The notes beneath the pieces are model-generated. The model was not told where the DNA came from and did no database searches. It saw nothing but the letters and a program-made list of their open reading frames with translations. Position numbers and translations under genes: made by a program. From assembly GCF_009914755.1 (NCBI RefSeq), contig NC_060938.1: a DNA stretch of 64,000 bases; one strand, 5' to 3'. Shown piece by piece: positions 12,725 to 28,424 of the stretch. This stretch comes from the human T2T-CHM13v2.0 reference genome, Homo sapiens. The stretch's first letter is position 1. The number at the start of each line of letters is the position of its first letter.

Positions 12725-13639
12725 CTGAAAACAGAACACAGACATCCAAAGATCTATAAACGCCCTACAAATAATTTTATAAGACATTCAAATTATTATA
12801 TAAAAATGCAGCAACACTTTAAATAGGATTAAAACTGCCTATGTTTGGTGTTATAATCTGGCTGTTGAGTAAAATTGGCTGTTTTCCCAGACAGGTGGCA
12901 TATAGATAAAGTAAGACTTGTTTCTAAACAACAAAATTTCTCTACAACAATGTATTATAAATTTAAATCTAAGTATTTTCAGTCAGGAAAGTACACCAAA
13001 GAGTGTCCGTTTCAAAAAGGCAATCAAAATGCCATGATGCTTCCTGACCAAATCTACGAATACATACAAAATATAAAAATAAACATGAAGACACAACTAT
13101 ATATATTACCAAACTAGAAAACATCAAAAACTTTATCCTCATCCCAACAAATTTTTTTACCTGACAGATTATGTTTAAAAGCAACAATAAGTTGTCTCAA
13201 TAGCTGTATTTGCCCCATAACAAAAGCCATTTAAAATATAACAGATATTTAATTTTATAAGCTCCTCCTCAATATGTAGCTAACAGGAAAATTATATCAA
13301 CAGTTGTTTCAAATACTTTTGTAATATAAACTAGATATAAAAGAGACAATAATTATAGTTGCCTGGTTGAGAATAACAGTAGCATTGCCAAAATCACTCA
13401 TCAGATCCAAATCTAAACCTGTTATATTGTAATTAAACATTATGAAGTTATACAGAAAAGACCTCTGTTAAAAGTGAATACTAATAGTTACCCTGCATGT
13501 CAAATTTGCATAAACCCAAACAAAACTCCAGTTTTTCTTCTAAAAGTTCTACTCTGCACTTCATGATCCACAGTTTGAAAGAACTGTTCATTGCAAAACT
13601 TGTATTTGGAAAAAGTGCCACCTTCTTAAAATAACTTAC

Positions 13640-13799
13640 TTCAAGTGTTCTAATGTTAGCCTCTGCATTTTGACCACTTCATTATTACATGTTCTGTCAT
13701 AAAAAGGATTACTTCTTTCTGAAAAGTAATCCAGGACACTACCACTGTTCAAAATAGGGATCCAAGAGCTGTCAACCCAAGAAATTCCCAGCAGATTGT
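13640..13799 (-). CDS. MED6: MED6 exon 2 ([13 protein letters not shown]...TLEHLN)
   Basis: cccatag| acceptor, |gtaagt donor, 160 nt; peptide visible in ORF 13636..13878. Confidence 0.97.
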
Positions 13800-13994
13800 C
13801 TATGGGAAAGAAAACAAAATGATAAAGGATTAGAAAAATAGAAAGAATCCAATCCAACAAACATTTATTATACATCAAATGTAGTAGGCACTATGAATAT
13901 AAGGATGACATAGATCCTAACCAACACACTCTCATGATGTAACAGAAGAGATTATGCAAGAAAGCAATAACATGATTAAGTCTTATGATAAAGA

Positions 13995-14522
<528 letters not shown>

Positions 14523-16637
14523 TTACGAGACTACAGAGGACCTGGGGAAACGAAAATCATTTTTCATGTGGAGAGAAGGTGGGTTTTAGCACGGTATGTT
14601 AAAGAATAAATAAAAACTTACACAGAGAAAAGGGCAAAGTAATTCCAAGCAGAGAGAATGTATATACAGAGGTGTAAAAATATAAAGTATATTATATCTT
14701 TAGAGAATAATTTCATTAGGTGAAGAAGTGATAAGATTTAAAATTTAGAAAGGACTTTTTTTTTTATTGGAAATCCTTAATGCTGGCAAGGAATTCAAAA
14801 TTTTCAAATAACATGTATGCCCAAGAGAACACATCTATAGCTACCAGTTTGAGATCTCTCAATTAGGGATAGAGAAGTTAGGAAGCTATTATTGTAGATG
14901 AGATGATAATGATGTAAAAGCTAAGGGATAAACAGGAAGTAGAGTTCCCTTAACTACAGCCACACGGTTTCATATTTAGCGTAGAATTAAATCATAGCTT
15001 TTAAAAAGACATGATAGAGCTAGATACTTTTAATAAATGAGCTTGTATTGGCTATTGGCTTTCATGATGCTTCATACCACTGACTGTACTGAACACCACT
15101 AGGTGTAAATCATGAACATCAAAATGCCTATACAATACTGGTTGAAAAACTTCAATCTCTCTTATACTGTCATTACCTCAGGCATCTTCAAAGAAGTCAG
15201 ACCTAATTCAAGGTGACAGGCAGTTTTGAGCCAAGTGACTCAACCGAGAAAAATTATATAAAGGTAAAATGTACTTTGTGTGCTATAAAATAAAGGAGGA
15301 GACAGATGAAGTGCGTTAATAACCAAATAATTAGTATAGACCATTTAGATAGTTCATCATAACTGGATCATGCAATAACCAAATACACAACAGGCCAGGA
15401 AATAACATTTTCAGAAATGGCCTCCTAACTGGTTTTCCTAATTCTACCCTTGCCCTCCTACACTGTTCCCAGCAGCCAATGTAGTCCTAAAAAAAAGTCA
15501 GATCACATCATTCCTCTGATGGAAACCCCTCCAATGGCTCTGCGTTTTACTCAGAGGAAAAGCCAAAGACCTTATCATAGCTTTCAACACCTTTCTGACT
15601 TCATCTCCTTCCCACATCCTCTCTCACTACCCTCCAGCCACACTGACCTCCTTGCTGTTCCTTTAACACACCAAACACACTCTTATTTTAGAGTCTTTGC
15701 CATGATCCTAACAATCTGAATTATAAGTAAAACATTTTATAAACTAAATATTTCTCTTTTTTATTCTGTAGCAAGGCAACATGTTGACATAGCCCAAGCA
15801 TTCTAACAGCATTCTAACCATCAGCAAGTGATGAAATAAATAATGAAAGACACGTATGTAAAATCATGATCCAGAAGTGCTGCAGATCGCCAGATAAGTA
15901 TAAATGAGAATATTTGTAATAAATGTGTTAGACCCCAATCCAGTTAATATTAAAAAAAGGCATCTCAAACATCTCCCTTTAAAAATCAAGTACTATATAC
16001 ACAAAAACAACTCTACATGCTCCCCAAGATCAAGCAGCAGTTAAGGGGTGACATCTCCATACATTTATTCACTGACTGATTCAATATTTGAGTACTTCTG
16101 CAGTTCAGCTGTGAAAAAAATACGACCCCTGCCCATAATAATTGCTGGACGTTCGATGTAAAGTATTATCGACTCAAAAAAAAAGAAAATATCTGGGATT
16201 CATGCTCAGGGACCCGTGTGGCGCGGTCTAAAGAATTAGGCAGCCACCATGCCAAGTCCCAAGAGATGAATCAAATCAAGTTGGCTTATTACCCCATTCC
16301 CTTCTCTGCCTAAACGCCATTCCTTCACTCCAATAGAATAGCCCTAATGTTGTTGCAGAGATACGTGTGTAGAACAAAACTCCAGCTCTGAAAGCTCAAA
16401 ACCCAGAGCTTCTTCCAACCCCTTCTCTCCGACGCTTCCAAGAGACGCTCCAAGAACTCAGAAAAAAAAAAAAACTCGTCAACGTTTCGCTAGATCACAG
16501 CCTTGGGTTGTCCACAAAAACCACTCAAAAAAGCTTGAGACTTCACACAAAGGAACCTAAACCTTGAAACCGCGAGCTATAACATCCCAAACTGGTCCAC
16601 AGACAATCAAGAGACAAAATATAGCAATACAGTATAC

Positions 16638-16659
16638 CTCGGATATCCACCGCCGCCAT
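16638..16659 (-). CDS. MED6: Mediator subunit 6, coding exon 1 (MAAVDIR)
   Basis: ATG GCG GCG GTG GAT ATC CGA G|gtatac; 22 nt; lies at the edge of a GC-rich promoter. Confidence 0.96.
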
Positions 16660-17080
16660 AATTCCGAGAGCGTTTACAGGTTCTCTTTCCGGCGCAAAGT
16701 AAACGTAAGCCTAGGCCGCCGGAAGCAGCGGGTTGAAGAGAGTGCGCATGGGTGAGGAGGGACGTAGAGCGGAAGAGGGGGCGGGGCGGGCAGGAGAGAG
16801 GCAGGGGGTGGAGGTGCGGGTGGGAGGGGAGGAGACGCGAGGGGGCGGAAAGCGGGAGAGGCGCGGGAGGCGGGAAACGTGGGGTGGGGTGGGGTGGGGT
16901 GGGGTAGGGGAATGGGAGGGGACGGGACGCAGAAAGATTGGTGCAGGGGAGCAGGGAAAGACTAGAAGAGGGATGGGCCAAAGAAGGAGAACGGGAGGGC
17001 GGATTACTGGGAAAAAAATTAGAAGACTTAGAGGACAGAAAGACCGAGTGGAGTCCCGCCCCACGCCCACCACTGATGGA
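16660..17080 (-). promoter_or_regulatory. MED6: MED6 GC/CpG-rich promoter
   Basis: CpG-rich; ETS-type CCGGAAG near 16719; several GGGCGG GC boxes; (GGGGT)n G-run block 16881-16921. Confidence 0.85.
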
Positions 17081-18188
17081 AGAATTCTGCCTTGATCGTC
17101 TGTGATCGTCAAGAAAACAAATTCTGATGCTGTAGAGTTGTGCTTGGGAGTGTCTCTTAATTTTAAAAGCTCCCCGGGTGTATCCACTGAGCTATCAGAT
17201 TTAGGAACGATGGTCATTTATATTTTTCTCCCTGCCTCAGGTATTGGGATGGGACAGGACTTAAGAATTTGGGAGTCATTGGCTTTTATGTGACTAAATC
17301 CATTAAAAATCTAAACCAATTAAAGAAGCCTCTGAGAAAAATTTCACAACACAGGAAATGCTTCTGAAGTGAAATATTAATAAGATTAAGAGAAAGGGAA
17401 TACCCCTGGGTCCCAGAGTAATGAGCAAATGTCTGCATTCCAAGTAGTCTGGAGTAGGTAGCAAGGCTCCAAAGAGGGAATGATTCTGTGTACGGGGAAG
17501 CTACAGAAAGCCTCAGATTCTCAAGCTTCAGTGTGGCTCTGTAAAAGCAAAACGATACAGAAATATGCAAACAACACACAGATACTAGGAAGAGGATGCC
17601 AAAATCTGAAGGAGGGATGAGGGCGGGTGCCTACATCTTCTCCAAAACTTAGGTACTGTGAAGACTCCCCAAGAATTTAACCACAACCCAGGAGCAAGAG
17701 GGGAAGACCAGAAATTTAATTGGGATTTTCAACCTCATAGACAAGGAATTAAAAATTTGTTAACTCCGTAGAATAAAAGTACGTTGCCTGTACATTTCAG
17801 TTTGGGAATTTTCTGCCTGAGATGGTATGTATAAAATAGGTGTCCCAACAGAAGTATGTGCATGCACAGAGTAAAGTTTTGAGAGAGAATTTTTCAGGAG
17901 GGCCTGGTTGGGAGCCTAGTGGGAGGACATTGCAAAAAGGAAGAGTATCGTGTCCAATAAAAAGTGTGATCCATAAAGCTTTTTGTTTTGTTTTTCTAGT
18001 TTTTTGTTTCCTTGTGTTTTGATTAGGCTAGAAGGAGATTAGGAAGAATAGTGACAGAATGCAGATCTGTAGATAATAAAACATATGGTATGCATGGTAA
18101 ATAAGACCTGGAAGCTCAACCTTTATTTTGTAGGCAATGGGAGAAATGTGATCAAGCTTCCATTTTAGAAAGATAACTTGAGGAAGAC

Positions 18189-18305
18189 AGGGCAAGGTGG
18201 CTCACGCCTGTAATCCCAGCACTTTGGGAGGCCAAGATGGGAGGATTGCTTGAGCCCAGGAGCTGGAGACCAGCCTGGTCAAGATAGCGAGATCCCATCT
18301 CTATT
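18189..18305 (+). mobile_element. FLAM/Alu left monomer
   Basis: ggtggctcacgcctgtaatcccagc...gatcccatctcta. Confidence 0.8.
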
Positions 18306-18369
18306 TCTTTTATATTAATTGTTTCAGTTAATAAAGAAATATAAATTAAAAAGTGTGGTAACAAAAACA

Positions 18370-19260
18370 AGAGAAGACAAGATAGGGAGGAAGCCACTTT
18401 GGGTAGGACAGTCAGGACAGGCCTCTCTGAGGAAGTGATACCTGAGATGAGACCTGGAAGATGAAAGCAAATCACTCATGTGAAGAGCTGGGGCACAAGC
18501 ATATCAGACAGAGGGGACCATGGACCCTACAGTGGGAAAGGGGTTGGTCTGAGAACCACAGAAAGGCCAGTGTAAGCCGGGTTGTATGAGTGAAGGATGA
18601 ATGATGGGAAAAGAGACTGGGAATGAAGGCAGGGGCCAGATGATAGAGAGCCTGGTCAATAATTTATTTTTTATTCAAAGAACATAGGAAGCTATTAAAA
18701 GATTTGAATGAGTAGAATGCCACAAAGGTTCTGACTGGAAATTTGTTTATGGATGTCAAAAGTATTTGTTGTGCTTATTGAGCCACTTACTATGGACGAG
18801 GCACTGTGCTAAGCACTTTGACGAACTATCTAGTTGTTCCCTCAAAACAATTTTATGAGGCAGAAGCTATTACTCCCATTTTTAAATGAGGAGACGGACT
18901 GAGGCAGATGAGCTAGCTTTTCACCAAACTTATTATCTACTTGGGTATACAGCTAAGCTATATTTTCCACCACCCTTGCACCTGGATGGAGCTACATAGC
19001 CAGTTCTCATCAAGGGACTGTGAATGGAAGTGATAAGTGTTACCTCCAGGCCAAGACAGTGAAAAACACTGGTTCCATCTTCACTTTCTCTCTCTGTATT
19101 CACCAGCTAGATGCCAGAGAAACCTAAGGTCATGGATTGAAAGTGGTGGTGATGGGGAGTTGGGGGGCTGGGGTCTCTGAATGACTGACCACAGGTGCTG
19201 AGCCACCTTGCTGACCTAAACTGGATCCAAAGCAAGAAATAAGATTTTATTATGTTAAAA
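18370..19260. mobile_element. Old repeat cluster: L2, MIR and MLT1 (MaLR) fragments
   Basis: L2-type ggcctctctgaggaagtgatacctgag; MIR gcactgtgctaagcactt; MLT1 end aagaaataagattttattatgttaa. Confidence 0.55.
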
Positions 19261-21029
19261 ATACACACATGCACACAAAATTGCTATGTACTGTCTCCTC
19301 CATAAAATCAGTAATACTGGTGTAATCTATTTTCTGTAGGATATATTAAAATGTGTACCTGCCTCCACTATATACAGTATGACCTTTTGAGGCTTTAGGA
19401 TTTGGAAACTTAGATAATTTAATATGTGAGAATGCAAGTAAAAGAGAAAAAACAAGATCTTCAGTATGGAAGTGGGAATGATTTCTGATTGGTTAAAGAT
19501 GAAATGATGCTCATGGATAATTGATAATGTGTGGTACTCATCTTCCTCCATAAGATCACCATCTAGAAAAACAGCTTTCCTTCACACACGCTCCCTTTAA
19601 ATACCTGACACCATGATCCTCGTTACTACGTTTTTCTTTCTCTAACATTCTCTCCAATATTCTAAATTTACACGTCATGTCATCCCACTCTGTACCTATA
19701 GAAATGTGTGCCCTTCCTTATAGGAATACCTCTATAATTGCCTGGCCTGAATTCAGACTCTTTTCTAAAAAAAAATTCTCTAGACTGTAAACTCTGTGAG
19801 GACATGGTCATGTCTGTGTTTGCCTGGTGTTACTTACTTAGTCTCTGGCAGGGTGTTTTTGATATAGTAGCTGTTCAACAAATATTTGTTGAATGAACAA
19901 ATTCATGTATAAATGAATGGATGATATGATGGCCCTCAGATAAATAATAAACTTCATTAATTCAATAATAAATGAAATATGAAATTGTTAATGGAAATTG
20001 ATTTATGGGAAGTTATAAGAAAATTCTTAAAATCTCTCCTGATGTTAGAATGATGCCAAACGCACAACTTTATTTATACTAATATTCTAAATAAAAACAA
20101 CATGGTTATATTTTGTTTGGTGTCCTATCAGGAAAGTATTTTAGCAAATGACAAATGTGTGGGGTGTTTTTCCTTCTTATTTAGTGAAGAAAAGTCCAGC
20201 TACTTCATTATACAAAGCAGAAAATTGCCTTAGAAATACTGAGGAATTATCTCTGAAAAGTTACCTTGGAAACTCTGAGATTGGCCCCAGTGGTCTAGGG
20301 AGAGGTATGGTACCAATTTTTTTGTGATTTAAGGGTTACAAGAAAAGCTACACAACCCCTTAAGGCAAATGCCAAAACCTGACCTGTGGCAGTAATTCTG
20401 AAAGCAGCTGTTCACCTTAGGAAGTGGCTGTAATCATAAACAAAAAAAATCTAATCATAAAGCTTTAACCCTAGAATCCTAAACATAGAGTACAAATAAG
20501 CTTAGTCCAAACAGAATTATCTTCCCTCAAAGAACCTTTGTGGATTTTCCTCTCATTGCAGGATAGTTGTCAAGGGCCCATGAGATTACACAGCACTAAC
20601 TTTAAGCAAGACTCCATCAAGGCATCAAAAAGCAATAACAAAGGCAAACTAGATAATCATATTCCAGTATGGCATTAGAAAATATTTAATAACCCCCACA
20701 TTTTTTGGGGTGAGTATGCCCCTGAGATGCTTGGTTAATTCTGGAGGAGAGCAAAGAGAAGCATCCCAAGGAAGATCCTTGACTGCCAACTCAATACAGC
20801 AGGTAGGGGCTCAAAGTCAAATTGCTGTATCTGAAGTAACAATCCCAGCAAACCCCAAAAGGGAGGTGGCTGTGGCAGTATCTTGGAAATCTGCTGGTAG
20901 TTCTTGCTTTACTCTTAAGGATCTGTGGATAGAGGATTAGACAGTTTCCTGAAGAAAAATGCAGGGAAGAAAGTAGTAATTCTGGGACCTTATCAGTAAT
21001 AAAGTAGCTCAATGTATTCTCGTATTGTC

Positions 21030-22220
<1,191 letters not shown>

Positions 22221-22239
22221 TGTTAGACACCCCAACTTC

Positions 22240-22990
22240 TCAATACTGTCTTTTCTTGGTCTCCATGGCACTACCCTCCACTAGTATTTCTGCCACCTCT
22301 CAGACTATTCCTTTCCTATTCCTTACACTGGCTTCTCTTCCTCTGTTTTACCTATAAGACCTCTAATCCTCAGACCCACCCCTCATCTTTCCTATCTTTC
22401 TGCTTTTCACTCTCCTCTCTGGATGATTTAATTCACACTGTGGCTGCAGTTTTCGTCTATGTTATCATGGCTCACAAAACAGCCTAATCTAGACCTCTCT
22501 CCTGAGTCCCAGGAACATATTTGTAACTGCATACTGGATAGCTCCAACTTGCTGTTCTGTTTCAAAGTACAAGAGATTCACTCTTACCTGTATTCTTGGT
22601 CTTACTAAGAAACCTTGCCACTCCCTCTTCCTTACCTCCCACACTAATCTAGTGCCAAGTCTTGTCCATTCTTCTCAGGCTCCTCTCTTGAATCGGGCTT
22701 CTCCTCTGCATCTCCACTGCTATTCTTTCCATCCCAGTGCCCATTCTGTCTTGCCTGAACATTGTTGCCAGGGTAATTTTTCCATAAATAGTGTTTTCTT
22801 GCTCTAAAAGCTTTACCGACTCTATTTTCAGCCCACAACATGAAATGTAAATGGGCCCCAACCTACTTTTCAGCATTATCTCTCAACCCCAAATCACCAC
22901 TGCACACACTGAACCCCTGCAACACTGAGCTTCTCACAGATCCCCAGACTGTCTGAGATGTTTATATCTCTAGGTCTTTGGACATGGTTC
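22240..22990. mobile_element. L2 LINE fragment
   Basis: ctagacctctctcctgagtccca..catatttgtaactgcatactggata typical of L2. Confidence 0.55.
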
Positions 22991-23164
22991 TACCTGGAAA
23001 CTTGGAATGCTATTGTGTCTCTATCCTCCCTCACACCCTTAACCCAGCACACAGGAGAGCAAATGTGTATGCACACACGCATACACACAAACATAAATTT
23101 ATCTGGAAAATTCTACTCATGTGCAAGCAAGATTAGGCTATGTAAAAAAAAAAAAAAAAAAACT

Positions 23165-23525
<361 letters not shown>

Positions 23526-24183
23526 TTAATGAAATTTTAGTTGGAGACAAATAGGTGGGTAGGGAGAAGGCAGGAAACAGGAAATAACATGTCAGCAAAT
23601 AGTCCCCTTCTCTTCATCAATTCTGTGTTGACTCGATAGGAAATTTTCTTAAGCCACCATAAAATATCATGTTCAATTCCACTTCTTCTCAGACACCTAG
23701 CTGCCCAGGCATTTGGCTAATTGGATAACTGTATATGGATGACTCTATATCCCAACTCACCTTCATGTTACTTTCCCCTGGGTTTGGTCACCTGGTAACC
23801 CTGATCCCAGGCTTGTCTTCCTAGTAATTATGTTGTTTGTATTCTCTTATAATTATCTCCTGTTGCGTTTTCCTGAAGTTTACATTTATTTCTAAACCTA
23901 CAATATGTGGACGTAAAGAAATATTTTATTTTCATAGGCTCATGTATAGTGTATATTTATATGAGAACATTTACAAGATATTTATTAATAGGAAGAAAAT
24001 TTCTGGGTTTTTATTCCATTTCCTGCCAGAAGAAAGTGACCCTTCCCCCACCAGTGTCTGTCCCTGTGGCTGTGGCTTTATGTGATTTCCATACATAAAG
24101 TGAGCTAATTCTTTACATTTCTGTGGGTGGTCAAGAGTAAGATTCAATGTCATTTCACAGATCAGGGTTAAAAGAAGATTTTA

Positions 24184-24619
<436 letters not shown>

Positions 24620-25349
24620 TTATCTTCAAGTTATAAGCAAATGAAGAGTACCAATGTATATAATTTTTGGATATACAGTAAACCCATGTAAACAATGTAA
24701 AACCATATTGTGTATGTGTTAACATTCAGGGCTTTAAAAAAATCCTATGTACAAACCTGAAAATATTTGTCTGATTCATGGACAAATCACTCAAACAAAC
24801 AATTTGCAGTCTTCATTTATTTATGCATTCAGCTCTCAGTTGTGGGTGGGTACAGAATGGCCATATAATCCAATATTGTAATACAAAGTGAAAAGTGATG
24901 TAATAGATGTTATCAGTTTACAGAATATCAGTCAGTTCTAAAGCCCCCACGGAGGTGTGGAATAATGGGAAAGGCTTCTATTCTTAACATGCTTAAGTTT
25001 GTATTTTAGATAAATAAGACATACAGGTATACGTATATACACTCAAAGATAAAACAAGTAATTCATAATTTTTGTTGCAAATCTATTACTCCCCTTACCA
25101 GAAAACTATATTTACACATAAGAATTTGTCAGATCTCAAAAACAAGATTGGAAATCATAGTGATCATTGTATATTTTAATATAGAATGAAAATAAATTTG
25201 ACTTTGAGGTATAGTTGAAATGGAAATAAATCAGATGTGAAATTAGATTGAATAAGTTCAAAGTGGTAATGAAAATAAGCCTTGTATGTACAAATTCAAT
25301 AAAAGTATTTGTCTCCCTACAGGCATAGCAAACATAGGTGGAAAGATTT

Positions 25350-25782
25350 TACAAAGGTATTATGGGGACAAGAGTTACTTTATTTTAAAAGCGAATCTGC
25401 CATGCAATTTCTAATTAACCAGGAGGTGGGGAATGCCTCCAAAATGGCTAGCTGATGTATTACTCCTTATGTAGAAACATCTACTTATTGAAGGTTTCCT
25501 CCAAAACAACGCTTGTTATCACAGAAATCACGGGCTGTGATGCCCAAAACTGGCTACACATTCCTTCCAGAGCATGTATGCTTTCTTCTCAAGATATAAG
25601 CCCTGGGTCTGGGGGCTTGAGGTACGGAGATCTACCTATCTTGCGTATGCCCAAAACCACACTTGTGCCTGTAAATTCCCCATAATAAATTACCCAAAAC
25701 CAACAAAGTGGATTTGTTTACCTCCTTCTTTGGTTTTTCATCTCCTTTGGCATTTAGGAGTTGCTTTGCCCTTTCATGGAAC
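25350..25782 (+). mobile_element. MER34/MER39-like ERV1 LTR
   Basis: aataaattacccaaaacc...ctttggtttttc...gccctttcatggaaca terminus. Confidence 0.6.
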
Positions 25783-26095
25783 AGGTAGAATCTTTAAATT
25801 ATTTGGTGATGTTCATATTGCTTATTATTAAAGCAAAGCACTAGAAATACCTGACCAGACTCTCAGAATTCCCAAAATACAAAAGCTGGAGCCCAGATTA
25901 ATAGTTCTTGATAGAGTTATACTTACAAGGGTCACGGCCACATGGCAGTTCAATATAACTTGTTCAAACCACACTCCATGAGATGCAGCTGTGGTAAATA
26001 TTAAGGAATAAATGAACTAGAGTGGGTAATGCAGTTACCTTGGTTATTCAATTCACCCAAGCTAATATAATTCTAGGTATAAAAGCCGTTTTAAT

Positions 26096-26405
26096 TGGGT
26101 GTAGTGGTGCATGCTAGTAGTCTCAGTTACTTGGGAGACTGAGGGGAGGATTGCTTGAGTCCAGGAGTTCTAGGCTGTAGTGCCTGAAGCCCACTGGATG
26201 TCTGCACTAAGTCTGGCATCAATATGGTGACCCCCTGTGAGCAGGGGACAATCAGGTTGCCTGAGGAGGAGTGAACTGGCCCAGGTTGGAAACCTCTGTC
26301 AAAACTCCCATGCTGATCAGTCGTGGGACGGTGCCTGTGAATAGCCACTGCACCCCAGCCCGGGCAACATAATGAGACCCTGTCTCAAAAATAAATAAAT
26401 TAATT
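26096..26405 (+). pseudogene. RN7SL77P: 7SL (SRP) RNA retrocopy (probably RN7SL77P)
   Basis: Alu-domain ends flank the S-domain sequence (gtctgcactaagtctggcatcaatatggtgacc...ccaggttggaaac...ctcccatgctgatcagt), then an A-rich tail; symbol from memory. Confidence 0.88.
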
Positions 26406-27736
26406 AAATTAAGTTTCTTAAAGTCAGTTAAGCCAAAATATAACTGGGTTGAGAAAATGTCAGCAAAACTAGAATAATAGTTAATGTTTACATGTTAAGT
26501 ACTTCTGATATGCCAGGCACAGTCCTAAGTGCTTTAGAAATATTGTCACATTTAATCCTCCCAATAACCTGATGTGGTAGTTACTGTTAAATCTCCAACT
26601 TACATATAAGAAAACAGAAGCTTAAGGAAGTTAAACAAGTCACTCAATCTTACAAATGTGATCAATGGAGGAGCACAAGTGTCCAGAATCCTTACTCTTT
26701 CCCATTTTCCTGTTCTGCCTCTAACATATTGAACACAGCAACTGAAATTTGAACTAGGTATTGAAAGTTGAGTATGATTTTCCTGGTAGAGGAAAGGGAA
26801 AGGGTGCTTTTCTCTGGCTGGAGGAGAGCAGGGAGCTGGTAAAGAGTCACAGAAGTGGGAGGGATTTTCTTCCAAGAGGAGCAAATACACGGTGCCTTGT
26901 GCATACAATGTGATGGTGCTGGAAGATGAGACTGGAAGGGACACTTGGGTCTAGTTTGTTAGGGCTCCTCTGCATTTAGGAATTTTGACTTGATCCTGAA
27001 GGCACTGGCTAGTCAATGAAGGCTTGCATTTGGAGAATGAGAACTCAGATGTCAGTGTGGAGGGTGGATTGGATGTATATTAAGAATAGTTCCTAATAAT
27101 CCAGACGAGAGGTGATGGTGAACTAAACTAAGGCAGGAACTATCAAAGTAATAAAGATACAGACCTTGGAGGGGTAAAAGAAGAAATATTCTCCCCACCT
27201 TCCCCAGGCACACAGGTACAAGCACTTCAGTGGGCTGCTGGGTACGTGCAAAAGTGGTAAGTGGTCAGCAAAAGAATGCTGTCCTGAGTTTTTCCACATC
27301 AGTGATTTTTCTTGCTGTGAGTTCTTTACCAATCCAGATGGGGCATCATCACTTGTGACTTCGGAGGAAAGAGTAATTGTAAAATTCATTAAGTTTCTGA
27401 ATGAAGATGTGTAATATCTTCCAAGAAAATAATTAAACCACCATGGGGCAAAGACTCTCATCTGTATAATTTAAAGTTATAAAGTGGGTCATTGCTTAGT
27501 GTCTCAAATCTCGTTTACATGTAGCTAATTCATAATCATACTCCATCTGGCTAAAATTAGTCACATTATTCTGTGAGCCAAGAAAAATATTTGTCTCATT
27601 TTAGAGGTTTTATTATACAATCAAACGTAGTCTAATGTACATCTGAATTCTTTGTTCTCCTTTTCTTGAAATATTTGAATCTCACTAAAATGAAAAGATA
27701 AAGTAGAATATATGGTATATTCAATAAAAGTTCTCA

Positions 27737-28048
27737 GCTGGGTGTGGTGACTCATGCCTGTGATCCCAGCACTGTGGGAAACCGAGGTGGGCAGATAGCT
27801 TGAGCCCAGGAGTTGGAGACCAGCCTGGGCAACGTGGCAAAACCCCATCTCCACAAATATATATATATATACGTGTGTGTGTGTGTGTATATATGTGTGT
27901 GTGTATATATATATACACATATATATGTATATATGTGTGTGTGTGTATATATATACACATATATATGTATATATGTGTATGTGTATATATACACACATAT
28001 ATATGTATATATATGTATATGTGTATATGTGTGTGTGTATATATAGTG

Positions 28049-28093
<45 letters not shown>

Positions 28094-28281
28094 ATATATA
28101 TATATGAGAAAATTAGCTGGGCATGGTGGCACGCACCTGTAGCCCTAGCTACTCCAGAGTCTGGTGGGAGGATCACCTGAGCCTGGGGAAGTCAAGGCTG
28201 CAGTGAGCTGTGATTGCGCCACTGCACTCCAGCTTGTGTGACAAAGTAACACACTGTCTCAAAGTAATAATAATAATAATA
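27737..28281 (+). mobile_element. AluJ whose central linker is replaced by a ~250-bp TA/TG/CA microsatellite
   Basis: Left arm 27737-27856, repeat 27857-28105, right arm 28106-28262; TSD aaagttctca. Confidence 0.9.
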
Positions 28282-28335
28282 GTTAAAGTTCTCATTTCAA
28301 AGAGCATGGAGACCATAATAGAAGAGGGTTAAAAT

Positions 28336-28424
28336 CCCGGGAGGCGGAGCTTGCAGTGAGCCAAGATCGCGCCACTGCACTCCAGCCTGGGCAGCAGAGC
28401 GAGACTCCATCTCAAAAAAAAAAA
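28336..28424 (+). mobile_element. 5'-truncated AluY
   Basis: Perfect 16-bp TSD agaagagggttaaaat at 28320-28335 and 28425-28440. Confidence 0.9.

Noticed and set aside
16564-17293. ORFs of 120-168 aa across the MED6 promoter
   Set aside because: Products of G/C skew (Pro-rich or Gly/Arg-rich); no recognisable domain
20447-20457. AAATCTAATCA, near the DUX4 binding motif
   Set aside because: Single imperfect match in AT-rich DNA, expected by chance and 10 kb from the DUXA relic
27621-28180. ORFs rich in Y/I/H/T/C/V, and a possible repeat-spacer array
   Set aside because: Translations of a dinucleotide microsatellite inside an Alu; no unique spacers, so not CRISPR-like
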